DNA of 62,948 nt, the filler included, from a candidate division TA06 bacterium SM23_40 (lineage in GTDB: Bacteria > LJUI01 > SM1-40), in assembly GCA_001303705.1 (NCBI GenBank). It is 4 parts of 4 records of this genome, joined end to end, with 100 filler letters (N's around TTAATTAATTAA, not from the genome) between each part and the next. Parts side by side here need not be neighbours in the genome. Positions count along the whole stretch, not along the records: positions 1 to 17,004 come from LJUI01000047.1; positions 17,105 to 34,040 come from LJUI01000048.1; 2 more parts are not named here. The stretch is one strand, 5' to 3'. Every line of letters starts with the position of its first letter. Positions within the stretch are counted from its first letter, which is position 1. Below the pieces are notes generated by a model that saw only the letters and a list, made by a program, of their open reading frames with translations, was not told where the DNA came from and did not search any database. Shown here in pieces: positions 9,286 through 17,293 of this stretch. A program made the position numbers and the translations under genes.

Positions 9286-11058
9286 TCAGGGGACCGCGAA
9301 CAGCGAGTCGGCCAGGCCGACGTCGAATTGGATCCCGACGACCTGCGTCTCGCCAACAAGCTGGTGCTGTACGAGCCGTCTGGTGACAAACGGGATGCGT
9401 CGTCCGCCAGCAACTGCCCGGTAGTCCTCGAACCGGGACTCCCTGATTATCGGCGCGTATGGGATCCGTTCTAGCAGCCGTCGGGGCAGCCCGTCGTGCG
9501 CGCTGACCCAGAGCTGGCTGGATGTGTAATCGCCCTGGCTCGCGCCGATCACCACCACGTCAATTCCGTCGACTACTTCTGTGTGGATGACGTCGGCAGC
9601 GATTCCCAGCTTGTCCGGCGGCGCGTCGTCCAGGTCGCCTGCAAGATGTTTCAGGAACTGCTCGGGTGAGAGGTTGTAGACGGCATAAAGCAGGTAGCCG
9701 AGACTCTGCGGCACGTCGGAGAGCCGTCCCTGCCCCGGGAGCGGCACGCCATAGTTGTAGATGAGCACCGAGTTTTCTCCGAGCTCGACACGCTCTTCGC
9801 CCGGCGGCCTGAAGAGAAGACGAATATCGAGTGTGGCTGCTCCTCCCTCCGCCTGGACGGCATACATAGTTCCGCGCTGGGTCAAGACCATGTCCCGGAC
9901 CGATTGTCCCTCGCCCTTCATTCTCTCGAAGATTCGGTACAGCTGCGAGCGGTCGGGCCCGCCACCACTCTTGATGCGGTCGCGAGATCGGGCCGGGAGG
10001 TGCGAGAATCCGATCTCGCCCACGCCAGGGCCTGCAGACAAGGTCGCCAGGACCGCGAGAGATCCGGGATCGAGGATGAAAATGCGCTTGGTCGCTCTAT
10101 CGATGAGCACCAGCCGGTCGCCCTCCGGTGTGAATGCACCGAAGCCGGGAGACTCACCTAGTGCCAGGTTGCGATAGGGTGAGATCTCGAGGCTATCCTC
10201 GAAATTCGTCTGAAAAGTGATCACCAATCCTACTCTTGGTTCGTCGCCCTCAGCCTCCGCCTCGGTCGCCACCACGAGCTGGGTCCCGTCCGGGCGCACC
10301 ATGATCGAGCGGGGCGCCCTGTCGAGCGGGATGGTGCGGACCGCCTTGAGCGTCGCAGTGTCGATGATAGTGATATCGCGGGACAGAACGTTGGCTGTTA
10401 TCACATAGCGTCCGTTCGGCGAGATGGCGATGTCGTACGGGTCGTTGCCAACCTCGATCTCGGCAGCAATCACGCGCTCCTCGGTATCGTAGACGGTGAT
10501 CTTGTCATAGGTGCGCGCCTCATCGGGGGAGTAGGTGCCGGGGATGTGTCTCTGACAGATATACAGCCAGCGATCGTCAGGAGTGAGAACGGCCCGCCAC
10601 GGATTCGGGATCTCGACCGATGCTGTGGAGATGAGAAATCCGGTCTCGGCGTCGAACTCATGGACAGCATCGGAGATTACGTAGTAGCGGCTCCCGTCAC
10701 TGGTGAAGACCGGATTGACCAGAGGGGTGGTCTTGATGGCGTGAGTCGCCGTCTCGATGATTGTAGTTTGATATCCGCGGCGGTTGGCTACCCATATCTC
10801 CTCGCCGCCGGGCCGCACCCTGATCGACTCCGGTCCATCGCCGGCATAGATCTTGCCGATCGCTCGAGCCTCATAAGGGTCTATTATCAGAATATGATTG
10901 CGGTCGCGGATCGACACGTAGCCGAGGACGACGAGTTCTGTCTCCTGGACCTGGCAGCCGAACATCAAGGTGGCGGCGAGGAGAGCAGCGGCGATCAGGA
11001 GGAGCAGCCATCTCCGTAGGGCGAGATGAGAGAGGGCGGTAAGGATAGTACGATACAT
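9286..11058 (-). CDS. Lipoprotein with YVTN-type beta-propeller and C-terminal LolA-like domain
   Basis: Lipobox LMFGC. YVTN repeats (IEVGNDPYDIAISPNGRYVITAN). C-terminal QLWVSAHDGLPRRL...RFEDYRAVAGGRRIPF...QFDVGLADSLF. Confidence 0.7.
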   Translation of the reverse strand: MYRTILTALSHLALRRWLLLLIAAALLAATLMFGCQVQETELVVLGYVSIRDRNHILIIDPYEARAIGKIYAGDGPESIRVRPGGEEIWVANRRGYQTTIIETATHAIKTTPLVNPVFTSDGSRYYVISDAVHEFDAETGFLISTASVEIPNPWRAVLTPDDRWLYICQRHIPGTYSPDEARTYDKITVYDTEERVIAAEIEVGNDPYDIAISPNGRYVITANVLSRDITIIDTATLKAVRTIPLDRAPRSIMVRPDGTQLVVATEAEAEGDEPRVGLVITFQTNFEDSLEISPYRNLALGESPGFGAFTPEGDRLVLIDRATKRIFILDPGSLAVLATLSAGPGVGEIGFSHLPARSRDRIKSGGGPDRSQLYRIFERMKGEGQSVRDMVLTQRGTMYAVQAEGGAATLDIRLLFRPPGEERVELGENSVLIYNYGVPLPGQGRLSDVPQSLGYLLYAVYNLSPEQFLKHLAGDLDDAPPDKLGIAADVIHTEVVDGIDVVVIGASQGDYTSSQLWVSAHDGLPRRLLERIPYAPIIRESRFEDYRAVAGGRRIPFVTRRLVQHQLVGETQVVGIQFDVGLADSLFAVP

Positions 11059-11130
11059 TATTGCATTTTCCTCCTCACGGTCACACTGAGGAACGTGGTG
11101 GATCCGCGGGCTCTGTCGCCCGAGATGGCG

Positions 11131-11781
11131 CTAGGGCGTGGCCGATTCGGCGTTCAGTATCTGAGTGATGAATTCTGCCTCAGTCACCGCCCCGACGAAC
11201 TGGACTGTCTCGTTGATGACAGTCTTGGGGACCCCGGAGACGTCGTACTTGTGGGCCAGATGGGGAAACTCGATGGCCTCGACCATATCGGCACGGACGA
11301 GGTCAGACTCTATCGCCGACCGGTGCGCCAGGCGAACTGCCTGGGTGCAATAGGGTCAGGTGGGTGTGACCAAAACCTGAATATGGACCGGTTTCGTAAG
11401 TCCGGCGAGCTTCTCGCGCGAGGCATGAGCCAACCCTGAATCTCCTTGTGAAACATCGATGATGTCCTCGATCAACGATGCGGTCTCATACCCGGCAGGT
11501 ATCCCGTAGAATCGGAGGCCGTAGTCCTTTGTCCCCTCGATAACGGTCGCGGGTATCTTGTCGATGCCGTACCGCTCGACTATCTGTTGATCAATCTGGA
11601 AATCGTAGACCTCGAGCGAGATCTTCTCTGATGTCTCCGCGATCTCCTCCAGCAGCCTCCTCGTCTCGCCGCAGAACTGACACTCCAGCTCCTGAGTGAA
11701 GTTGACCACCTTCACCTGCCCGGCCAGGACCTTAAACCGGTCCCGGATGGTCTCTTTATCTTTGGGAGCTATGAGAGCCAT
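11131..11781 (-). CDS. Protein disulfide oxidoreductase (two thioredoxin folds), selenoprotein with Sec142 (UPYC)
   Basis: N-terminal CQFC and GIPAGYE. The TGA at 11356-11358 falls in VTPT-U-PYC, and the frame continues 74 codons (AIEFPHLAHKYDVSGVPKTVIN) to TAG at 11131. RBS GAGGAGGAG. Confidence 0.9.
11324..11349 (-). promoter_or_regulatory. Bacterial SECIS-like hairpin
   Basis: Directly 3' of the UGA: TGCACCCAGGC-AGTTC-GCCTGGCGCA. The apical loop starts 17 nt after the UGA with G at loop position 2. Confidence 0.75.
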
Positions 11782-11884
11782 TTTCTCCTCCTCGCGCGAG
11801 CTTGTGCTCTTTGCACATCGCGGCCATCCTGCGAACGCGGCAGGCAACACGGCAGAAAGGGTGTGCTCCGAGTGAGGTGTCAAG

Positions 11885-11913
11885 ACGATACCGCCTCGTA
11901 CAGGCGGTGTCAA
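11885..11913 (-). promoter_or_regulatory. Sigma70-type promoter for the seleno-oxidoreductase operon, with palindromic spacer
   Basis: Minus strand TTGACA-N17-TATCGT. The spacer is the inverted repeat ACCGCCT-N5-AGGCGGT. Confidence 0.6.
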
Positions 11914-12216
11914 CGCATATTTGCCGTCGGTGTGTGCCAATTCACTCAATCGGAAGGGCGAAATCTCAAACGGGGGAACAACCCACTGGATTCGCGATTA
12001 GCGGGATTGGGGGTCGGATGGTTGCACTCTGGTGCGAAGAAAGACACAGCACGGGGGGTGGGGAGGGCACGGCCGTGCTGCGTGCGACCGCCGCGGCCCG
12101 ACGGCGGGAGGAAGGGGCCCACCGATCGATGCACTAAGCCGCCATTTTCCGGGGTGTTATGCCGTCCACAAATCCGAGTGTATGGAGCAAGCGACATCGG
12201 CCGGTACACACCGTCG

Positions 12217-12232
12217 TGGCACACTTCTTGCT
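12217..12232 (+). promoter_or_regulatory. Sigma54 (-24/-12) promoter upstream of the bEBP gene
   Basis: TGGCAC-ACTTC-TTGCT matches TGGCAC-N5-TTGCW. Confidence 0.8.
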
Positions 12233-12307
12233 AAATTGGGACACCGGCACGAGCCCGGTTCCGCAGGGCAATGGACCGCATCTACCACCCCACAAATACT
12301 GAGGCTT

Positions 12308-13801
12308 ATGCGTTCATCGACGATATCGCCTTTGGGCCCGACAGAGACGCAGGAGGAGACAGGGCGCAAGGAGGGTGCGGAGGGATTCCTGGTGCTCGTG
12401 GCTTCTCCGGAGGCCGGATATCGGGACACCCTTCTGCCGCTCATTCTTCGAGAGGGTTGGTCATTCTCCTGGGCGGAGACCGCCGAGCAGGCACTCCGTA
12501 AGTTCGAGCGCTCCGATCCCGCGGTGGTGTTGTTGGCCACCGATCTCGCCGGCTCGTCAGCCCTGAAGCTCCTTTCCCGGATCAAGGAGCATTCGGACGA
12601 GCAGGAAGTGATTGTCATCACCCAGAATCCGGACGTCCAGACGGCGGTCGAGGCGACGCGGCTGGGAGGAAATGAGTACATCTGTCTCGATTCTCAGATC
12701 GATCGCCTGCGTGAGCGGCTGGAGGGGGCGTACGACGAGTGGATGGCTCGACAGAACCGGGCGGGCGACGCTGCCTGGAAGCAGCGGCGATACGGCCTGG
12801 AGAATATCATCGGGGAGAGCCCGGTGATGCAGGAGGTGTACACGTGGGCGGAAAAGATCATCGCGAGTGACTCGGTGACCGTGTTGATCAGAGGAGAGAC
12901 GGGGACGGGCAAGGAGCTCCTCGCCCGGGCAATGCATTATGGAAGCGCCCGTGGGAAGCAGCCATTCGTGGAGATCAACTCCACCGCGATCCCCGACGAT
13001 CTTCTGGAGGCTGAGCTGTTCGGGTACGAGAAGGGAGCGTTCACCGATGCCAAGAGGCAGAAGAAGGGGCTTCTCGAGCTCGCCAACGGCGGTTCGCTCT
13101 TCTTCGATGAAATCGGTCACATGAGCATGAAGCTCCAGCTCAAGCTGCTGAAGGTCGTGGAGGAGAAGGTCTTTCGCCGTGTTGGAGGGGTCAAAGACAT
13201 CAGCGTGGATGTGAGGATAATGGCGGCCACAAGTCGCGACCTGGAGGCGGCCCTGCGGGATGGGTATTTCCGCGAAGACCTGTACTATCGACTGAACGTC
13301 GTCTCCATCGAGTTACCGCCACTCCGGGAGCGTGGCGGCGACATCATTCTCCTGGCCAACCACCTCGTGAAACGGTTCAACAAGGAATACAGCCGGGAGA
13401 TCGAGGGGATCTCGGCCGAAGCCGAGCGCCTGCTCATGGCGTACGAGTGGCCGGGGAACGTGCGGGAGCTCAAGAATGCGATCGAGCGCGCTGTCCTCCT
13501 CGGCAATGGGAGGCTCATCGTCCCTGAGGACATCCGGATCAGCCTGCGGGTCGATACGGCCCTGAAGGATCAGGGACGAAGACAGAAAGGATCGGGCATC
13601 ACTCTGGAGGTGCCGCTCGAGGATTTCTCTTTTGCCGAGGTGGAGAAGGCCGTAATCGCCGAGATCCTCAAGATGAACGGCTGGAATAAGAGCAAGGCGG
13701 CGAGAATGCTAGACATATCCCGGCCCAGACTGCTGAGAAAGATAAAGAGGTACGGTCTGGAGAGGGATGGATCCGAGCCAGGAGACGGGACCTGTCCATG
13801 A
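12308..13801 (+). CDS. Sigma54 enhancer-binding protein (NtrC/Fis family) with degenerate aspartate-less receiver domain
   Basis: Walker A GETGTGKE, ELFGYEKGAFTDA, Walker B FFDEIG, FREDLYYRL, WPGNVREL, Fis-type HTH. The receiver has VLVASPE, VLLATDL and YICLD in place of DD, D and KP. The start is placed downstream of the sigma54 promoter. Confidence 0.9.
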   Translation: MRSSTISPLGPTETQEETGRKEGAEGFLVLVASPEAGYRDTLLPLILREGWSFSWAETAEQALRKFERSDPAVVLLATDLAGSSALKLLSRIKEHSDEQEVIVITQNPDVQTAVEATRLGGNEYICLDSQIDRLRERLEGAYDEWMARQNRAGDAAWKQRRYGLENIIGESPVMQEVYTWAEKIIASDSVTVLIRGETGTGKELLARAMHYGSARGKQPFVEINSTAIPDDLLEAELFGYEKGAFTDAKRQKKGLLELANGGSLFFDEIGHMSMKLQLKLLKVVEEKVFRRVGGVKDISVDVRIMAATSRDLEAALRDGYFREDLYYRLNVVSIELPPLRERGGDIILLANHLVKRFNKEYSREIEGISAEAERLLMAYEWPGNVRELKNAIERAVLLGNGRLIVPEDIRISLRVDTALKDQGRRQKGSGITLEVPLEDFSFAEVEKAVIAEILKMNGWNKSKAARMLDISRPRLLRKIKRYGLERDGSEPGDGTCP

Positions 13802-13946
13802 ACAACTGTAACGAAATAGATCTGCTGAACTGGGACAGATCCGGCGATTGTGCAAAGGTCAGGGAAAGCGAGCGGCCGGACGGGGCGCTGACTAACGTTC
13901 TCGGGTTCAGTGAATTAGCGGAGTCAGCCGGGATGGGAGAGCGGTC

Positions 13947-13962
13947 TGGCACAAGTATTGCT
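13947..13962 (+). promoter_or_regulatory. Sigma54 (-24/-12) promoter upstream of the ZU5-like lipoprotein gene
   Basis: TGGCAC-AAGTA-TTGCT. Confidence 0.82.
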
Positions 13963-14088
13963 TCACTAGTTGAGCGAACGTCGGAACAGGGCACGCCGGA
14001 GAGGCCGGCGGGCCTGACCCGATCCAGTACGGGACGAAACGATATCCCGAGATGGGGTCGCACAGGAGCTCGGGCTCCGAGGAGGTAC

Positions 14089-14649
14089 ATGATGCGTTCG
14101 CTCAACACGACACGGGGTTGGCTTGTGGGAGGACTGTTGATACTCATACTTGTCCTCGTTGGGTGTAGCCGGGACGACTCCCCGATTGCTCCGTCGGGGC
14201 CGGCAGCACTGGAACCGGATACGAGGACGGAACTGAATTTCCTCCCTATCGTAAATCCCGGGGGCGAGGGCCCTGCCAGAGGCCCGTGGATTCCGATACT
14301 GATCTGGGACAGGTTCAAAGACGACGGCGGCGAGCTCGATAACGGCCTCATCAGATTGGTGATCCCGGAAAACGCGCTCGGAGACGAAGCGTACATCTGG
14401 ATCTTCAGAGATCCTTTCTACGCGAAGGCTACCTTCGGCCCGGAAGGCCTCCGCTTCGCGAAGAAGGTGGAGCTGCGCTTCGATCTCGACTACGTTCAGT
14501 TGGGCTCGCTAAGCCCGGATGACGTTAGCATATGGTGGTTCGACGATGACTTGAATGAGTGGGAGAGGCTCGATACGTGGTTTGACCAGTCAGAGAGGGA
14601 GGTGGTTGCGGAGATCCGTCACTTCTCGGTATACGCGCTCTCCGATTAA
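14089..14649 (+). CDS. Lipoprotein with ZU5-like domain ending in HFS-VYALSD
   Basis: RBS GAGGAGG and lipobox LVGC. GGEL..IRLVIPENAL...FGPEGLRFAKKVEL...W...HFS is the ZU5-like pattern. Confidence 0.72.
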   Translation: MMRSLNTTRGWLVGGLLILILVLVGCSRDDSPIAPSGPAALEPDTRTELNFLPIVNPGGEGPARGPWIPILIWDRFKDDGGELDNGLIRLVIPENALGDEAYIWIFRDPFYAKATFGPEGLRFAKKVELRFDLDYVQLGSLSPDDVSIWWFDDDLNEWERLDTWFDQSEREVVAEIRHFSVYALSD

Positions 14650-14658
14650 GTGTCAACT

Positions 14659-14697
14659 GTCGGAGCCCCTGATTGGAGGTGTGTCGGGGGCTCCGAC
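14659..14697 (+). terminator. Stem-loop between the lipoprotein and TPR-HD-GYP genes (terminator or mRNA stabiliser)
   Basis: GTCGGAGCCCCTGA...TCGGGGGCTCCGAC, about 14-bp stem. No U-tract. Confidence 0.45.
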
Positions 14698-14758
14698 CGA
14701 ACAGTCAGCCTTGACGAAGAGTGGTTTCCCTCTTCGTACACGCTGAGAGGAGCCAAAG

Positions 14759-16675
14759 ATGAAAGCCAGAGAGTCTCTCTCTCTGGAACAGCTTCTAGTG
14801 CTCTTGCAGAAGATTCGGTCTGCACCGGGTGTAGACCGGCCCGACATTGATGAGCCCGAAGCTGAAGAGATAATGGTCGATGGCGACGCCTTCGACCGTC
14901 TCAGGCGTTGGGTGGCCGATGGCGCTATTCCGGGCGAGGACGTGATCAAGCTCGGCCTTGTCAAGGATTCGCCTGAACAGGGTGAGTCCGCCACTCAGCC
15001 ACTCAAATTGACGGAGCGAGATCGTCTGGTGGTGTTGATGGAGGCCGGGAAGGTTCTGGCGTCAATGTATGACTGGGATCGGTCCATAGATTGTTACCGG
15101 GAGGCGCTGGAGATCTGCGAAAGACTAGAGGATACCGAGGCAAAGGCAGAGGCCTCCAAGCAGATCGGACGCCTCTATCGTCGTAAGAATCAATGGAAGG
15201 AGGCACTCGGCGCCTACGAGAAGAGCCTTGAGATGTACCGCGCGCTCGGCGATCTCGAAGGTGTGGCTCAAATTCACAACTCGCTGGGCATCATCTACTT
15301 CGAAAACGGCAAGTGGGACGAGGCGAAGGAGCGGTATCACGAGGCGCTGGAGGTAGCAGAGGAGCTCTCGAACTTCTTGCTCATCGCGAAGATAAACAAC
15401 AACCTGGGTGCTCTGGCGAATGCGATGGGCGACTGGGATCGGGCGGTCATTCACTATCAGGAAAGTGTGCCGGGGTTCGAGAAGGCCGGCGACCTGAAGG
15501 GGTTGGCGGAGACCTACCACAACCTCGGGATGACCTTTGCCGATCAGGGAAATCTGGAGAAGGCAGCCGAGTACTACGAGAGAAGCCTCGATCTCTCAAA
15601 GGAGCTTGGAGATCAGCGGCTGATGTCCGGCACTTTTATCAACCGGGCACACCTGTTTGCCAGAGAGGGCAATTACGACAAAGCCAAGGAGTACTGCGAT
15701 CGCGCACTGGCGATGCTCGACAGGCTCGGCGACAAGCTCGGCATCGCTGAAGTGTACAAGCTCTACGGTATGCTCCACCGCGAGCGGGAAGAGTGGGAGA
15801 GCGCGGAGCACTTGCTTCTGCAGAGTATCGCTTTAGGTGAAAAGATTCTCAATCCGCTCGGTGTGGCAGAGGCGTGCCACGAGCTCGGACTGGTGTACGA
15901 ACGCATGGGCGAAGGGAAGAAGACCTTGAAGCTGTTGACCAAGTCGCTCGACATCTTCAAGGAGCTTCGTGCGAGGAGGAGCATACTCCAGCTGAACCGA
16001 GAGCTGACAGAGGTCGAGAAGCTGTACCTTCGCATTCTGGAATCGATGGGTGCGGCGGTTGAAGCGAAGGATCCGTACACCCACGGTCATTCCCGGCGCG
16101 TGGCAAACTACTCACTTGAACTCGCCAGTAGATTCGAGGTTTCCGAAGAAGAGGCGAAGGGCATCTTGAGCGCGGCATATCTCCACGATGTGGGGAAAGT
16201 CTACATCGACGAAACGATCTTGATTAAACCGACAAGACTGACCGATGACGAGTACGAGCTGATCAAGCAGCATCCCAGGCTCGGCCTCCGCATGCTGGAG
16301 TCTGTCGAGTTCCCGTGGACGGTCAAGCCGCTCATCCTGCACCACCACGAGCACTTTGACGGGTCGGGATATCCCGACGGATTGAGCGGGAACGACATCC
16401 CCTGGGGTGCAAGACTCATCTTCGTGGCCGACTTCTTCGACGCCATGACGTCGGATCGGCCCTATCGAGCAGCCTGGGCAGTAGAGGAGACGATCAAGGT
16501 AATTCTTCACAACAGAGGAACATTGTTCGATCCCGAGATCGCTGATGTCTTCATCGACCTCGTGAAGAGCGAAGCCGCCCCTATTCAGGAGGATATCGCG
16601 TGTCGATTTGAGCGCGTGAAGAGCGCGCTGGAAAGCGGTCGCACGGCGGCATCCGAGGTCGAAGTTCGCTCATAG
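14759..16675 (+). CDS. TPR-repeat HD-GYP cyclic-dinucleotide phosphodiesterase
   Basis: About 8 MalT/Rap-like TPRs (AQIHNSLGIIY, AKINNNLGAL, AETYHNLGM), then KDPYTHGHSRRV, LHDVGK, HHEHFDGSGYPDGL, ADFFDAMTSDRPYR. No signal peptide or TM segment. Confidence 0.9.
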   Translation: MKARESLSLEQLLVLLQKIRSAPGVDRPDIDEPEAEEIMVDGDAFDRLRRWVADGAIPGEDVIKLGLVKDSPEQGESATQPLKLTERDRLVVLMEAGKVLASMYDWDRSIDCYREALEICERLEDTEAKAEASKQIGRLYRRKNQWKEALGAYEKSLEMYRALGDLEGVAQIHNSLGIIYFENGKWDEAKERYHEALEVAEELSNFLLIAKINNNLGALANAMGDWDRAVIHYQESVPGFEKAGDLKGLAETYHNLGMTFADQGNLEKAAEYYERSLDLSKELGDQRLMSGTFINRAHLFAREGNYDKAKEYCDRALAMLDRLGDKLGIAEVYKLYGMLHREREEWESAEHLLLQSIALGEKILNPLGVAEACHELGLVYERMGEGKKTLKLLTKSLDIFKELRARRSILQLNRELTEVEKLYLRILESMGAAVEAKDPYTHGHSRRVANYSLELASRFEVSEEEAKGILSAAYLHDVGKVYIDETILIKPTRLTDDEYELIKQHPRLGLRMLESVEFPWTVKPLILHHHEHFDGSGYPDGLSGNDIPWGARLIFVADFFDAMTSDRPYRAAWAVEETIKVILHNRGTLFDPEIADVFIDLVKSEAAPIQEDIACRFERVKSALESGRTAASEVEVRS

Positions 16676-16847
16676 CGGAGCAACAGAAGAGAAACGCGAT
16701 GTGAGGGGGAACCTTCCTGGCCTGGAAATAGAGAGGAATAGACGCGGGGCCGCGCGAATTCGTCGGGTTCCTGGGTCTGTAGCCAGCGTGTTAGGTTCCC
16801 CCTTCGTTATGTACCGCGGGCCTGTCGGTTGACATACACGATGGAGA

Positions 16848-17004
16848 AGATGTGTCACGGCGCCGGCCAGCTACATCGAGCGTGCGGGAGATGTATCACG
16901 GCGCCGGCCAGCTACATCGAGAGTGTGAGAGATGTATTGCGGAGCCGGCCAGCTACATCGGGTGTGCGGTGGATGCGCTGCGGCGGCGGCCAGCCAGATC
17001 GGGT
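16848..17004. repeat. 41-bp tandem repeat, at least 4 copies, running into the contig end
   Basis: Units start at 16848, 16889, 16930 and 16971. Consensus AGATGTATCACGGCGCCGGCCAGCTACATCGAG-GTG-G-G with internal inverted repeat GATGTA/TACATC. Confidence 0.9.
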
Positions 17005-17104
17005 NNNNNNNNNNNNNNNNNNNNNNNNNNNNNNNNNNNNNNNNNNNNTTAATTAATTAANNNNNNNNNNNNNNNNNNNNNNNNNNNNNNNNNNNNNNNN
17101 NNNN
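17005..17104. other. Artificial contig linker
   Basis: N44-TTAATTAATTAA-N44, giving stops in all six frames. Confidence 0.98.
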
Positions 17105-17251
17105 AGCGGTGAGGCGATGGCGACGGCGTCGAGCGAGCCGTGGAATCTGATATCACGTGATGTACAGGCGATCGTATCGGGAGTGTATCTGTTTTCGGTC
17201 GAGTATGATAATGGAGATGTACAGGTAGGCAAGTTTGTGGTGATCAAGTAG
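17105..17251 (+). CDS. C-terminal fragment of a T9SS-like sorting-domain protein (not in ORF track)
   Basis: Reads SGEAMATASSEPWNLISRDVQAIVSGVYLFSVEYDNGDVQVGKFVVIK*, a typical CTD ending. Confidence 0.75.
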   Translation, partial: SGEAMATASSEPWNLISRDVQAIVSGVYLFSVEYDNGDVQVGKFVVIK

Positions 17252-17293
17252 GAGGAGATGAACGATCAGATGACACCTGAGGGAGGAGGGACC

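Noticed and set aside
11921-11940. Minus-strand TGGCAC...GGCAA as a sigma54 promoter
   Set aside because: GG-to-GC spacing is off by 2 nt, and sigma54 spacing is strict.
11955-12030. c-di-GMP-I riboswitch-like words (GGGCGAAA...GGTTGC)
   Set aside because: Could not build the P2/P3 stems or the GCAAAG element. An Infernal search would be needed.
13798-14088. 97-aa N-terminal extension of the lipoprotein ORF (likewise 12032-12307 for the bEBP and 9120-9413 for the protease)
   Set aside because: The extensions span promoters or upstream genes. RBS, signal-peptide or promoter positions point to the downstream starts.
16848-17004. CRISPR array
   Set aside because: Units are contiguous with no unique spacers of about 30 nt, and no cas genes are present.
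17005-17104. TTAATTAATTAA palindromes flanked by Ns (also at 34041 and 41792)
   Set aside because: Identical artificial contig linkers. ORFs running into them and adjacency across them are not biological.
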